A stretch of DNA of 60,511 bases, filler included, from a candidate division TA06 bacterium SM23_40 (GTDB lineage Bacteria > LJUI01 > SM1-40): the NCBI GenBank assembly GCA_001303705.1. It is 5 parts of 5 records of this genome, joined end to end, with 100 filler letters (N's around TTAATTAATTAA, not from the genome) between each part and the next. Parts side by side here need not be neighbours in the genome. Positions count along the whole stretch, not along the records: positions 19,655 to 39,147 come from LJUI01000034.1; positions 39,248 to 44,926 come from LJUI01000159.1; 3 more parts are not named here. One strand, written 5' to 3'. The position numbers and the translations under genes are program-made. Below are positions 31,749 through 41,358 of this stretch, one piece after another (within the stretch, counting starts at the first letter, position 1; every line of letters begins with the position of its first letter). Under the pieces are notes generated by a model. That model was not told where the DNA came from, ran no database searches, and was given only the letters and a program-made list of their open reading frames with translations.

Positions 31749-33797
31749 ATGGCGAGAGAACTGAAAGTAGATCAATTCGGCAGTAAAGTTGCGGTCGTCA
31801 GGCTCATCATTTTCGCCTGGGTCCTACTCTCCGCCCGACTGACGGGCGCGTTCCACGACTCCGCCATCCCCCTGTCCCCGAACGCCCTGCTCGCTATCGG
31901 TTGTCTGTACGGAATCGCCTCGACCTTCCTGCCCCTCAAGAAGATGCCCCGAATCCGCAGGGACATGCTTCTGGTGGCATGGGATACCGTATTCGCAACT
32001 GCGATCACGCTTGCCACAGGAGGAGTGGCCAGCCACTTCTACCCCGTATTCTTCATACTCCTTTTTGAGACGAGCATCCTGTTCGGCCTCCGTGAGACCT
32101 TCGAGATAGCGATCCTCGTCTGTCTCGTCTATCTATATACCGGCCTCCTCATGGGCTGGTATGTGGAGATACCGAAGGTCGTGTACTTGCAGGTCGCGGT
32201 CTTCTCTATCCAGTGCCTCCTCCTCGGGGTGCTATTCGCGCTGCTTGTCCAGGCGGCACGCACTCAAGCTCAACGGGCACAGGACCTGAGCTGCCTCTAT
32301 GAGGTGAGTCGCGTCTTCTCGTCTACATTCCAGCTCGACGGAATCGTTACCGGCACTGTGCGAAGGATCGCCTCGATCATGCGCTTCGATCGTTGCGCCA
32401 TCATCCTCCGAGGCGATGACGAGAAGACATTACTGTTGCAGGCCGGATATGACGGCACGAAGGAAGAGCCCTGGGTGATCAAGCTGCCACTGGAATTGGC
32501 GCGTTATCCCGAAGTACAGCAGGCCCTGGAGACGAAAGAGCCGGTTATCGTGTCCGATCCGACGAACGATCCGATCATGAGCTCGGTCCGCGACGGTCTG
32601 AGCGACCTGCCTCTCGGAAGCATCGCCGTCGTCCCGCTCGTACTGGGGACGGAAGCGATCGGCACACTCAGCATCGCGAGGACGCTTGATCACCCTGCGC
32701 TCACCGACAACGAAATCAATCTCTGCCGCATTCTCGCCAACCAGACAGCGATCGCCATAGAAAAAGCCCGTCTTTTCGAGCAGGAGCGAAGACGAAACAC
32801 ACAGCTGGCAGTGATCAACGAGATCAACCGCCAGGCTCTCTCCACACTGGAACAGGATATCCTGCTTCACAATGTCGCCGAAGCACTCAGACGCAACTTC
32901 AACTGCACCAGCGCCGGGCTGTACGTGCTCGATCGCTCAACTGGACTGCTCACCCTCGAGGCGTTTGCAGGGCCCAAACACATAGAGCACGTACTGCGGA
33001 ATGAATTGGAGTGTGGCAACAGCATTGCCGGCCACGTGTCGCGGACCGGTTCGACCGTATTGACGAGGGGCAGCACAAGACGCGATCTTCAGGGCAGCGG
33101 CCCGGAAAACGAGACACACCTGTTTGCTCCCATCAAGGTCGATGACGGAACCGTGGGGGTCATCGCCCTCCGATCGAGAAACGCCCTCGCCTTCAGCGAC
33201 GGGGAGACATCAATCCTTGAGGCACTCTCAGGTCCCCTCGCGAATGCGATCCAGAACGCTCAACTCTACGAGCGGGCGAGGCAGCTGTCGATATCAGATA
33301 CGCTGACCGACCTGTACAACAGCCGATATCTGTTCCAGGCGCTCGATAAGGAGCTGGCCCGAGCTGACCGGTACGGCACACTCCTTTCGGTGGTCGTCCT
33401 CGACATCGATCACTTCCAAATGATCAATGACCGGTTGGGAAGACCGGCCGGAGACCAGATCCTGAAGCAGTTCGGTAGGTTGCTGCCCACGCTCGTCCGG
33501 GATGCCGATTTCGTCGCCCGGTACGGCGGAGAGGAATTCGTCATCCTCATGCCTGAGACGCCACAGGAAGAGGCGACTATCGCAGCCCAGAGAATCTGCT
33601 CCATGATCGCAGAGCATCGGTTCAGACTCGAGGAAAGCGCCGAACCCGTCCAGATTACGGTCAGTGCCGGCGTCGCCGCCTACCCCGGGGAGGGTACGGA
33701 CAAAATGAAGCTCCTCCACGCTTCCGACCTCGCGCTCTACTCAGCCAAGAGACTCGGGACGAGTAAGGTGATGGCTGCCCGGGAGCAGCAGAGCTAA
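31749..33797 (+). CDS. Membrane-bound GAF-GAF-GGDEF diguanylate cyclase
   Basis: N-terminal TMs, two GAF-like domains, DIDHF, RDAD I-site followed by RYGGEEF. Confidence 0.93.
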   Translation: MARELKVDQFGSKVAVVRLIIFAWVLLSARLTGAFHDSAIPLSPNALLAIGCLYGIASTFLPLKKMPRIRRDMLLVAWDTVFATAITLATGGVASHFYPVFFILLFETSILFGLRETFEIAILVCLVYLYTGLLMGWYVEIPKVVYLQVAVFSIQCLLLGVLFALLVQAARTQAQRAQDLSCLYEVSRVFSSTFQLDGIVTGTVRRIASIMRFDRCAIILRGDDEKTLLLQAGYDGTKEEPWVIKLPLELARYPEVQQALETKEPVIVSDPTNDPIMSSVRDGLSDLPLGSIAVVPLVLGTEAIGTLSIARTLDHPALTDNEINLCRILANQTAIAIEKARLFEQERRRNTQLAVINEINRQALSTLEQDILLHNVAEALRRNFNCTSAGLYVLDRSTGLLTLEAFAGPKHIEHVLRNELECGNSIAGHVSRTGSTVLTRGSTRRDLQGSGPENETHLFAPIKVDDGTVGVIALRSRNALAFSDGETSILEALSGPLANAIQNAQLYERARQLSISDTLTDLYNSRYLFQALDKELARADRYGTLLSVVVLDIDHFQMINDRLGRPAGDQILKQFGRLLPTLVRDADFVARYGGEEFVILMPETPQEEATIAAQRICSMIAEHRFRLEESAEPVQITVSAGVAAYPGEGTDKMKLLHASDLALYSAKRLGTSKVMAAREQQS

Positions 33798-33843
33798 CGG
33801 CAATCCAACTCTCTCACGGACACAGCGTTCTCCACATACAGAA

Positions 33844-33873
33844 ACGCGATCCCGCCGCGCTGCGAGATCGCGT
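33844..33873. terminator. Hairpin between convergent cyclase and tRNA genes
   Basis: ACGCGATCCCGC-6 nt-GCGAGATCGCGT. Confidence 0.5.
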
Positions 33874-33879
33874 ATATCA

Positions 33880-33953
33880 TGGCTGGGGGACAGGGATTCG
33901 AACCCCGATACCGTGATCCAGAGTCACGTGTCCTGCCGTTGGACGATCCCCCA
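33880..33953 (-). tRNA. tRNA-Gln (anticodon CTG)
   Basis: TGGGGGATCGTCCAACGGCAGGACACGTGACTCTGGATCACGGTATCGGGGTTCGAATCCCTGTCCCCCAGCCA: cloverleaf, TTCGAA T-loop, encoded CCA. Confidence 0.97.
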
Positions 33954-34033
33954 ATCGATCGTCACAACATCTCCGTCCGGAGGTGCTGTCACGGACTTCC
34001 CCGGATAGGGGAGCAATGCAGAGAACTGATCAT

Positions 34034-34062
34034 ATAGTAGCAGGCCCGGATATCGATGTCAA
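34034..34062 (-). promoter_or_regulatory. Sigma70 promoter of tRNA-Gln
   Basis: TTGACA-17 nt-TACTAT on the minus strand. Confidence 0.7.
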
Positions 34063-34078
34063 GCAGCAAGATGGCCGG

Positions 34079-35017
34079 TCACTGCATCTCCCCGGCCCTC
34101 GCTAGTGCCTTCCCCACAAACCCATCAGCCTCTCGGAGCAAGGCCTCCGCCTCTGAGCGACCCAGATTCTTCTTGATCATGATGATCGCTGTCTTCACGC
34201 TGCCTCCCGCCAGATCGAGCATGCGCGCCGCATCGTCATACGAGACCCCGGTTACGATCATCAGCACGCGCTTCGATCGCTCAGTCAGCTTCTGACTCGT
34301 TGCCTGGAGATCAACCATCATATTCTCATAGACCTTGCCCAGTCGCACCATCGAAGTCGTCGTGAGCATATTGAGAACCATCTTCTGCGCAGTCGCCGCC
34401 TTCATCCTCGTCGACCCCATGATCACCTCAGGGCCGACAAGAGGAGCGATGACGATGTCGGCCTCGATGTCGGCAGTGGGCGACGGATTAGAGCAGAGAT
34501 AGACTGTCCGCGCACCCAGCTCCCGCGCCTTTGCCAGAGCCCCGAGGACAAATGGCGTGCGGCGGCTAGCCGCGATACCGACGACGATATCCCGTTCTCC
34601 CACTCCCCTGGCAATCAGCTCCGCCTCACCCTCCTCGGCTCTGTCCTCCGCCCCCTCCTGCGCCCGAACCAGCGCCCCGTATCCGCCGGCGATGACTCCC
34701 TGAATCATATCCAGTGATGTCCCAAACGTGGGAGGACACTCCGCCGCATCGAGAACCCCCAGGCGCCCGCTAGTGCCCGCGCCGACATAGATGAGCCGTC
34801 CCCCGTGGCCAAGTGCTTCGACGATGACTTCAACGGCGCGCTCGATGTTGGGTATCTCCTCTGCCACGGCGCGTGCAACACGTTCATCCTCGCGATTGAT
34901 GATCTCCAGGATCTCGCGAATGCTCTTACTATCCAGGTCCATGGTGCGAGGGTTGCGCTGCTCCGTCATGAGCTCTCGGAGTTCCTCGAACACTTCTCGA
35001 CCGCCTCTTTCAGTCAC
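34079..35017 (-). CDS. murQ: N-acetylmuramic acid 6-phosphate etherase
   Basis: TEQRNPRT, GAGTSGRLGVLDAAECPPTFG, EGAED, GPEVIMGSTRMKA, NMMVD. Confidence 0.97.
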   Translation of the reverse strand: MTERGGREVFEELRELMTEQRNPRTMDLDSKSIREILEIINREDERVARAVAEEIPNIERAVEVIVEALGHGGRLIYVGAGTSGRLGVLDAAECPPTFGTSLDMIQGVIAGGYGALVRAQEGAEDRAEEGEAELIARGVGERDIVVGIAASRRTPFVLGALAKARELGARTVYLCSNPSPTADIEADIVIAPLVGPEVIMGSTRMKAATAQKMVLNMLTTTSMVRLGKVYENMMVDLQATSQKLTERSKRVLMIVTGVSYDDAARMLDLAGGSVKTAIIMIKKNLGRSEAEALLREADGFVGKALARAGEMQ

Positions 35018-35077
35018 GTCTCTCTCCTCAACCGAATTGTGCCCGCCGCCGTCGGGCCACCCATCTCCAATCTCCCG

Positions 35078-36073
35078 TCACGCTCCGGAGATGGGAGACC
35101 GACACCTCCACGCACGTTCGCTCCGATCGAGGCGGTTCAGGAGATCGGCGTCGAGGTCGACATCCGCTCTTCCCAGCGCCACCAGAGAGGCTCCGAGAGA
35201 AGGGGAAAACCTGGGGGGTACGATCTCGATTTCGACCGAGGTGCGGGCGATAACCCGCTCAAGCAAGGCATAGGAATCCCGGAAGAGACCACCGAACGGA
35301 CAGAGAGGAACGACGACCGAGTCGAGGCGAAGCTGCTTGATGACACTATCGACCAGGTGCGCCAGCGCCTGCCCGGCTTGGTCGAGGATGGTGGCGGAAA
35401 CGCGGTCCCCCTCCCCGGCTGCATCGAAGACGAGGGGCGCGAGCGAGGCCAGTCTGCTCACGGCGGCGTCACGGTCTCCGTATACCCAGTCGATGACATC
35501 GTCGATAGAACTGAGCCCGATGTGAGCTGCCAGCTTGGGCAAGAGAAGTGTCTCCTCCCCGCTCCCATTCTGCGCCGCGAGAGCCGCCATGACAGCCCGC
35601 CGTCCCAGATCGTATCCGCTTCCGTCGTCTCCGAGCAGATGACCCCATCCCCCGGCACGCGCGCTGCCACCTCGCTCATCGACCGCCATCGCCAGCGATC
35701 CTGTACCGGCGATGAGTGCGACGCCCGATCTCCCGGGAAACGCACTGACCAGGGCAGCTACGCCGTCGCTTGTCACCAGGATATCCTGCGCGGGAATCCT
35801 TTCACGTACTGCATCGAGGACAGTCCGCTGCGCCCGGGGGCGCCCGGCTCCGGCCAGAGCGAGGCAGATGGAGCGGGGAATCTCTCGCTCTACTTCCGCC
35901 AAGATCTTGCCCTCAGCCACCAGCTGCGCCATGACCCGGGCAACGGGCTCCACCCCGCTGAGCAGATAGTTGCCCGGTCCACCCCTCAACAGAGCCAGTA
36001 CTGTACCGTCCAGGGCTACGAGCGTCGCTGTGCTCGCACTGCCCCCTCCATCGATGCCAATGACATATTCCAT
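35078..36073 (-). CDS. BadF/BadG/BcrA/BcrD-family N-acetylhexosamine kinase (MurK/NagK-like)
   Basis: IGIDGGG, LIAGTGS, RAGGWGHLLGDDGSGY; directly upstream of murQ. Confidence 0.9.
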   Translation of the reverse strand: MEYVIGIDGGGSASTATLVALDGTVLALLRGGPGNYLLSGVEPVARVMAQLVAEGKILAEVEREIPRSICLALAGAGRPRAQRTVLDAVRERIPAQDILVTSDGVAALVSAFPGRSGVALIAGTGSLAMAVDERGGSARAGGWGHLLGDDGSGYDLGRRAVMAALAAQNGSGEETLLLPKLAAHIGLSSIDDVIDWVYGDRDAAVSRLASLAPLVFDAAGEGDRVSATILDQAGQALAHLVDSVIKQLRLDSVVVPLCPFGGLFRDSYALLERVIARTSVEIEIVPPRFSPSLGASLVALGRADVDLDADLLNRLDRSERAWRCRSPISGA

Positions 36074-36113
36074 TTCGATCTCACCAGTGCGTGGGCCAGA
36101 TGCGGCCGCTGCG

Positions 36114-37007
36114 TTATCCCTCGCCGCGCCTGCTGCGCGACGCCAGATAGCCGACGTTACCCAAGATGATGCAACCGATGATAAGAAGATGTGCCACCGA
36201 TTGCGCATCCATGCCTCGGCTCGCCCGTCCCGTCATCCCGATCAACTGCTCGTACTCGGACGCACCCCTCAGGCCGGGAATCAGACCCTCGATCTGGCCC
36301 GAGTCGAGATAAGGATAGAAGACCGTCGCCATGACGGCCGCGGCCCCGGAGACGATGCGCTGGCCGTACCTGGCGCCGGCATACTGTATCCAGAGTACCA
36401 TCTCGGTGCCGGAAGCGAATCCGACCATCAGCGGGATGTCACGGTAGTTCTCGATACCGTCCATTACGGGATACTCTGCCGTTGGCTGCGAACGGAAATC
36501 CCGGGGGAAGACACGCACAATATCCTCGCCCATGCCCAGGATGGCAGCCTCGATCTGAGGCTTATACCCGAGATGGACGTAATCGACGCCGTAGACTCTG
36601 CCCATCTCATCGGCAACGCTGTCGAGCACCTCTGCCCCTATGCTCGCCCCTTCGGGGAGGAGCCCAAGCCCCAGCACCCTCAGGTCGCGGCGGAAACAGT
36701 GCCGGACAACCGCCACGGTCATGGGGTACAGTTCCGGCATCGAGGGCGCACCGAAGTCGAAGGAGATGAGTATCGGAGTTCTGGCCGGGAGTTCCTCGAT
36801 CGCATCGTACACCCTCCGCACCTCATCGGTGACGGGGATGCGTAGGCCGAGAGGCCGAAACAGGATACCCACCACAGCGACGGCGATCGCCAGGTACAAA
36901 ATCCGCCTGTCGACCTGCCCCAGTCGGGCAATCGCTTCATTTTTCAGACGACGACGGGGCTCGGGTCGCTCGAACCCATGTTCGCGCTCTGTGCGCGGAT
37001 CCGGCAT
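36114..37007 (-). CDS. Conserved hypothetical membrane-anchored protein (DUF6754-cluster subunit)
   Basis: TM at both ends, central alpha/beta domain; motifs PELYP, YGVDYVHLGY, YPYLDSGQ, GLRGASEYE, MDAQS. Confidence 0.8.
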   Translation of the reverse strand: MPDPRTEREHGFERPEPRRRLKNEAIARLGQVDRRILYLAIAVAVVGILFRPLGLRIPVTDEVRRVYDAIEELPARTPILISFDFGAPSMPELYPMTVAVVRHCFRRDLRVLGLGLLPEGASIGAEVLDSVADEMGRVYGVDYVHLGYKPQIEAAILGMGEDIVRVFPRDFRSQPTAEYPVMDGIENYRDIPLMVGFASGTEMVLWIQYAGARYGQRIVSGAAAVMATVFYPYLDSGQIEGLIPGLRGASEYEQLIGMTGRASRGMDAQSVAHLLIIGCIILGNVGYLASRSRRGEG

Positions 37008-37024
37008 TGCGCCAGCCCCCCAGG

Positions 37025-37633
37025 TCAATCAGCCAGTAGATGGAGCCAATCGCCCAACAGAAACTGCATGCGCCCGATCAACAGAGATATGCGGGCCATG
37101 ACTGTGTAGCCGAATGTGGCCCCGAATCCCACCATAAGAAACCACGTGCCCAGCGTGGCCACCTTCCCCAACGCTCCCTCGTGGCGCACACTGAACAGAA
37201 AGTAGACGAGGGTTGCCGCCACTCCGACGACCAGGATAACAGATGAAAGCGATGTGAGTGGGATCATCGTCGCCTCGATCTGCCGGTACACCCGCGCATC
37301 GACCGCAGTCGGAATGGAGACCCCCGCCCCGGCTCCGATGACAAACGCCATCGGCACCCGGCTCAGCCAACTCCATCGCAACGAGAATCGGGTCAGCATG
37401 AGGAGCCCCATCGCGAGCGGGACGAGCACGAGCACGTTGCCTCCCTCCACGAGTGGCACCCACAGTTTCGGGATGAGTGTGGTATGCCAGTACAGACCGA
37501 CAAAGTACCCCAGCGACACGCCGACCAGAATGTGCTCCGCCAGCTTGTAGATCGGATTGTCCCTGTATAGAAAGGAATAGATCGCCAGTGTGAGAATGGC
37601 CGCCACCCAGATGCCTATGGTCGTCATCGCCAT
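37025..37633 (-). CDS. Conserved hypothetical polytopic membrane protein
   Basis: TLAIYSFLYRDNPIYKLAEH, FLMVGFGATFGYTVMARISLL; about 5-6 TMs; RBS upstream. Confidence 0.8.
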   Translation of the reverse strand: MAMTTIGIWVAAILTLAIYSFLYRDNPIYKLAEHILVGVSLGYFVGLYWHTTLIPKLWVPLVEGGNVLVLVPLAMGLLMLTRFSLRWSWLSRVPMAFVIGAGAGVSIPTAVDARVYRQIEATMIPLTSLSSVILVVGVAATLVYFLFSVRHEGALGKVATLGTWFLMVGFGATFGYTVMARISLLIGRMQFLLGDWLHLLAD

Positions 37634-37671
37634 CCCACTCCCCCTCTCGCCGGGGGCCATCTCGACCGCAG

Positions 37672-38295
37672 CTACTCGACCCCGAGATAGGACCGTTCGA
37701 CCCCGAATATTATGCGGAGCGACGTGGAGATCGCCCCCAGCCCGATGCCTATCGTGATTCCTCGCATCGCGGCTGTGTTGGGGACATTCAGTACCCAGTT
37801 CGATGCGATCGGGATCGCCCTGTGAATCGCCTCTCCGATCGGAACGCGACCGAGCATGACGACCATCGCAGCGGCCAGGAGGATCCCCGCCTCCCTGGTG
37901 CGCACGCGAAACCCGCGGTACGCAGCGGACACGACAAAGAAGGCCAGGAGCGACATCATGGTCGATTGCATCGGCGCCTGCACATACCGAAACAACCAAG
38001 CATACGGAGTCCCCTGCTCAATCCCTCCCACTACTCCCAATATACCCATGACCGCCAATCCCGCCAGTGTCGCAATGCTGTATCTCCACCCCGCCCGTCT
38101 GACAACCACCCGCCGCCAGTGTATTCTACCCAGACCGATCACTCCCACGGCGAGTGCGAAGACGCTTACGATCTGCATCCAGTCGAGGACGTTCTCGTAT
38201 ACGTACCGCGACAGTGGATGGGGTACGAAGAACTGAACAGCCATAAGGACGCCCATTACGAAACAGAGCGCGAGAGGTACTCCTCGCTTCGCCAT
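37672..38295 (-). CDS. Conserved hypothetical polytopic membrane protein
   Basis: SLLAFFVVSAAYRGFRVR, VPNTAAMRGITIGIGLG...LRIIFGVER; about 5-6 TMs. Confidence 0.8.
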   Translation of the reverse strand: MAKRGVPLALCFVMGVLMAVQFFVPHPLSRYVYENVLDWMQIVSVFALAVGVIGLGRIHWRRVVVRRAGWRYSIATLAGLAVMGILGVVGGIEQGTPYAWLFRYVQAPMQSTMMSLLAFFVVSAAYRGFRVRTREAGILLAAAMVVMLGRVPIGEAIHRAIPIASNWVLNVPNTAAMRGITIGIGLGAISTSLRIIFGVERSYLGVE

Positions 38296-38385
38296 CCATC
38301 CTCCAGACCGATCAGATCTTGCCGCCGAATACTGTATCTGCCCGACCGCTCCGCCGCTGGGTGCGGCCCGCCACACCTATACTCG

Positions 38386-39147
38386 TCACCGGACTAACGC
38401 TCGTGCCACCATATCGATGCCAAACGTGCTGAGAAGAGCGCCCAACACAGCCAACAGGATCGCCGCGATCTTGAGCCAGTCTTGCCCCACGAGACATCCC
38501 AGGAGCGACGGCTCGCGGGAGAGGTATGCGCTGGCAGCGTACAGTTCCTCTCCGATGAGGGTGTAGTCGCATGTGACGAGAAAGAACGCGAGCTGAATCG
38601 TCGAATCCGTTCCCGCGACCTGGATGGCGCCGGTGACGTGCCCCGTCTCGGCGAGGATGAGAGACTCGGCTGCGAACGAACCCATGTACAGATTGGTCGC
38701 GGGGCGTTCCCGCAGCATCAAGCCGTCGACTGCAGCCGCATACCCGAACTGACTCTCAGTCAGAAAGAAGACGTCTCGCTCCTCGTACGCATCCGGATGG
38801 CCGACACGCAAGCAACCCTCCCGCACCACCTCCTGGGCCACCGTCATGACGACGGCATCTGCACATGGCACGAGGAGCCGCGTTCCATGTGCGGCTACAC
38901 GCTCGGCCACGGTCCCCAGTATGTTCATCGACGCCATGGTGGAGACCCGCGACATCGGGCTGATCCCCGGAGAGTAGAGCACAGGCCTCCCCATCTCCGT
39001 CGCTCGCCCGACCGCCTCATCGATCGCCGCGAGACCGGCAATCCTTCTGAGAGTGATTTCTTTTCGATGGCGGGCGAGGCCGATCCCGAGGAAGATGGCG
39101 AACCCACACAAGAGACAGCCGACAAGCACTCCTGTCCTGTCGGCTGC
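38386..39147 (-). CDS. DUF6754-like protein (5' end truncated by contig edge)
   Basis: LRRIAGLAAIDEAVGRATEMGRP, ESLILAE, GAIQVAGT, FFLVTCDYTLIGEELYAASAYL. Confidence 0.75.
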   Translation of the reverse strand, partial: AADRTGVLVGCLLCGFAIFLGIGLARHRKEITLRRIAGLAAIDEAVGRATEMGRPVLYSPGISPMSRVSTMASMNILGTVAERVAAHGTRLLVPCADAVVMTVAQEVVREGCLRVGHPDAYEERDVFFLTESQFGYAAAVDGLMLRERPATNLYMGSFAAESLILAETGHVTGAIQVAGTDSTIQLAFFLVTCDYTLIGEELYAASAYLSREPSLLGCLVGQDWLKIAAILLAVLGALLSTFGIDMVARALVR

Positions 39148-39247
39148 NNNNNNNNNNNNNNNNNNNNNNNNNNNNNNNNNNNNNNNNNNNNTTAATTAAT
39201 TAANNNNNNNNNNNNNNNNNNNNNNNNNNNNNNNNNNNNNNNNNNNN
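39148..39247. other. Artificial contig linker
   Basis: N-run with TTAATTAATTAA. Confidence 0.97.
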
Positions 39248-39313
39248 CTCCTATGCTGCCGAATATGCCGCCCCCGCAACAACCGCACCCGCGTTTGTCG
39301 GTTTCGCCCACCT
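39248..39313 (-). repeat. 66-bp reverse-complement overlap with 45027-45092 (start of the small membrane protein gene)
   Basis: Identical except one synonymous GGC/GGT difference (39270 vs 45070). Confidence 0.95.
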
Positions 39314-39399
39314 GTCTCCCCCAGTCATCAGCTCACAAGAACGGTAACCTGACGTTCGAGATGTCGTGCCCGCAGCTGCCCTATCATGTTCTGACCGTA

Positions 39400-39514
39400 G
39401 CCTAACGCCGTACATCCCCCCCGCGGCGGCGGCGTGCAGTCGCCCAGGTCGCCGGCGAAGCGCCGGCCACGGCAGTGACGGGCCGCACGCGACCGCTGAA
39501 TGCAGTCGCTAGAC
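39400..39514 (-). mobile_element. Degenerate attC-like site after the DinB gene
   Basis: Minus strand: GTCTAGC (contains the stop)-5 nt-CATTCAGC ... GGGGATG-6 nt-GTTAGGC, matching attC R''-L''-L'-R' geometry. Confidence 0.6.
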
Positions 39515-40018
39515 CCCCTTCTCTCCTATGCCCACCCACTCGAAATCCGTGACCCCCTGAGAGCGAAGTCGTTCGATGAGCTGGCCGGCATGATGCTGAA
39601 TGTGTCTGATGTTGTACAGATGCAGTTCGAATCGGTTGAACGGAAGCCACGGGAAGCCGGACGGGTCGCCAAACGGCACCGCGCGCACATGTGTCCCGAC
39701 CCTCTCCTCCAGCCACTCCCAGTACTCCAGAATGGTCGACCGTTCATACGGCTCCCCGATCTTCGGCTCTGCGTGAGGAGGCCATGGCAAGCGACCCATG
39801 AACTGATATTCGGGCTTTGATTTCTCCCACGGCACGAATGCCGAGTCCGACGCGCTCAGATAGAGATGCGTATAGAAAAGGACGTGGTAGACAATGTGCC
39901 AGAAGCGATTCTTGTGCGACCCGCCATCCCAGAGCTCATCCGGGCACGCTTCGATTGCCGATCTGAGCATACGGAGCGCAGCCCCATACTGCGATATGAT
40001 TACGTCCGCAATCTCCAT
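39509..40018 (-). CDS. DinB/DUF664 family protein
   Basis: CPDELW, WHIVYH, YNIRHIQHHAGQL. Confidence 0.88.
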   Translation of the reverse strand: MEIADVIISQYGAALRMLRSAIEACPDELWDGGSHKNRFWHIVYHVLFYTHLYLSASDSAFVPWEKSKPEYQFMGRLPWPPHAEPKIGEPYERSTILEYWEWLEERVGTHVRAVPFGDPSGFPWLPFNRFELHLYNIRHIQHHAGQLIERLRSQGVTDFEWVGIGEKGV

Positions 40019-40140
40019 CGCCGCCTCCTTTCGAGCGAATCGGCCTCCAGCTGCGGATCCTCCTGCCCGCGCGTCTCCTCCGGGAACTGGCGAACAGCAA
40101 TCACCCTCACCCGGGGACAGGCCTCCAGGTGCCCCGTGCG

Positions 40141-40596
40141 CTACGCTGCCTCCATGACATAGTGCGTCTTCGTCTCCCTCACCACGCGGAACCCAAGCCG
40201 CTCATAGAGGCGACGAGCAGGATTCACCTTCAGTACGTGGAGGCGTATCGCAACGCCCTGGGCCCGAGCCCGGGCAACCACTTGACGGATGAGGAAAGTC
40301 CCGATCCCCCGGTTCTGATGCTCGGGCAGGATCTCGACCAGCTCAAGAAAGAGGGCATCCTCATCCTCCCGGACAGAGATCATCCCGATGTCCTCACCCT
40401 CGAACTGAACGATCTGCACCCCGGACGGTTCGAACTGCTGATCGAAGTAGGCCCGCTGCCAGGTTTCGTCCCATACGCCCCAGGTCCTGGCGATGTACTC
40501 GCCGAGAGTCGTGCGCTTCAGGGCAAAGAGGAAGTCGGCGTCAACGAGAGTCGCGGGGCGGAGCGCCAGGCCATCAATATGCTCTTCGATCGACAT
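40141..40596 (-). CDS. GNAT N-acetyltransferase
   Basis: LRPAT, QNRGIG, NPARRLYERLGF. Confidence 0.9.
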   Translation of the reverse strand: MSIEEHIDGLALRPATLVDADFLFALKRTTLGEYIARTWGVWDETWQRAYFDQQFEPSGVQIVQFEGEDIGMISVREDEDALFLELVEILPEHQNRGIGTFLIRQVVARARAQGVAIRLHVLKVNPARRLYERLGFRVVRETKTHYVMEAA

Positions 40597-40699
40597 CTGT
40601 CACTCCGCCGTCAGCATAGCTCTGGTCGCTCGTCCAGCCGGCGTCACGATCGATCTCGGGTGTAGAGCCGGCATCATAGTAGCCCACTTCACCCGTTCG

Positions 40700-41278
40700 C
40701 TAGATGTCAACCTCTTCCGGACGTCGAACGCCGATGAGCGACTTCGCCAGCCAGATATCGGGCTGCCCCTCACCATTGGCATCCGGCAGAATTCCGATGA
40801 TCTCGTACCCACACTTCAAATAGAATTCGTAGGGATGTCCCTTGAGATTCTCAAGTTCGCTGAGATGCGACAGCACATCCGGGAATAGAGGACGTCCTCC
40901 AAGCGACGTAGCACAGATGTGGTCATCGCTCCCCAGATAGACTGTCAGGGCTCCCATTTCCCGTGCCTTCTCTTCGAATACTTCGAGCAGTCGTCTCCCG
41001 ATGCCCCGACGCTGCGTCTCGAAACGCACCACCATGGGATGGAGCTCGAATGCGTGACTGTACGTCTGGAATCCCGCTACCCATCCAGCCGCTCGATCAT
41101 CCACAACCGCAACCACGCTGATTCTCTTCTTGTCGTCGCGAAGCGATATGTCCACCTCGTCCAACGCAGCCTTCTCCGAGGGCCACGCGCAGAACTCATA
41201 CGGCCGGAAATCGAGAAGCATCCCGGCGATCTCTGCTCGGTGGCGACGCACCGACTCTCGACTCGTCAGTATTTCCAT
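40700..41278 (-). CDS. AAC(6')-I-like aminoglycoside acetyltransferase family GNAT
   Basis: ELHPMVV, QRRGIG, LGSDD, HPYEFYLKCGY, PDANGEGQPDIWLAKSL resemble AAC(6')-Ia/Ii signatures. Confidence 0.8.
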   Translation of the reverse strand: MEILTSRESVRRHRAEIAGMLLDFRPYEFCAWPSEKAALDEVDISLRDDKKRISVVAVVDDRAAGWVAGFQTYSHAFELHPMVVRFETQRRGIGRRLLEVFEEKAREMGALTVYLGSDDHICATSLGGRPLFPDVLSHLSELENLKGHPYEFYLKCGYEIIGILPDANGEGQPDIWLAKSLIGVRRPEEVDI

Positions 41279-41358
41279 GAACCTTGTACCCCGCCGTCCG
41301 GCTCATTCGCAGGGCGAAGCGACCTCAGATCGAACTGTCCCCTGTCGCGTTCGGGCAA

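Noticed and set aside
33880-33953. tRNA-Gln as an integration site
   Set aside because: No adjacent integrase and no duplicated tRNA 3' end seen in the window
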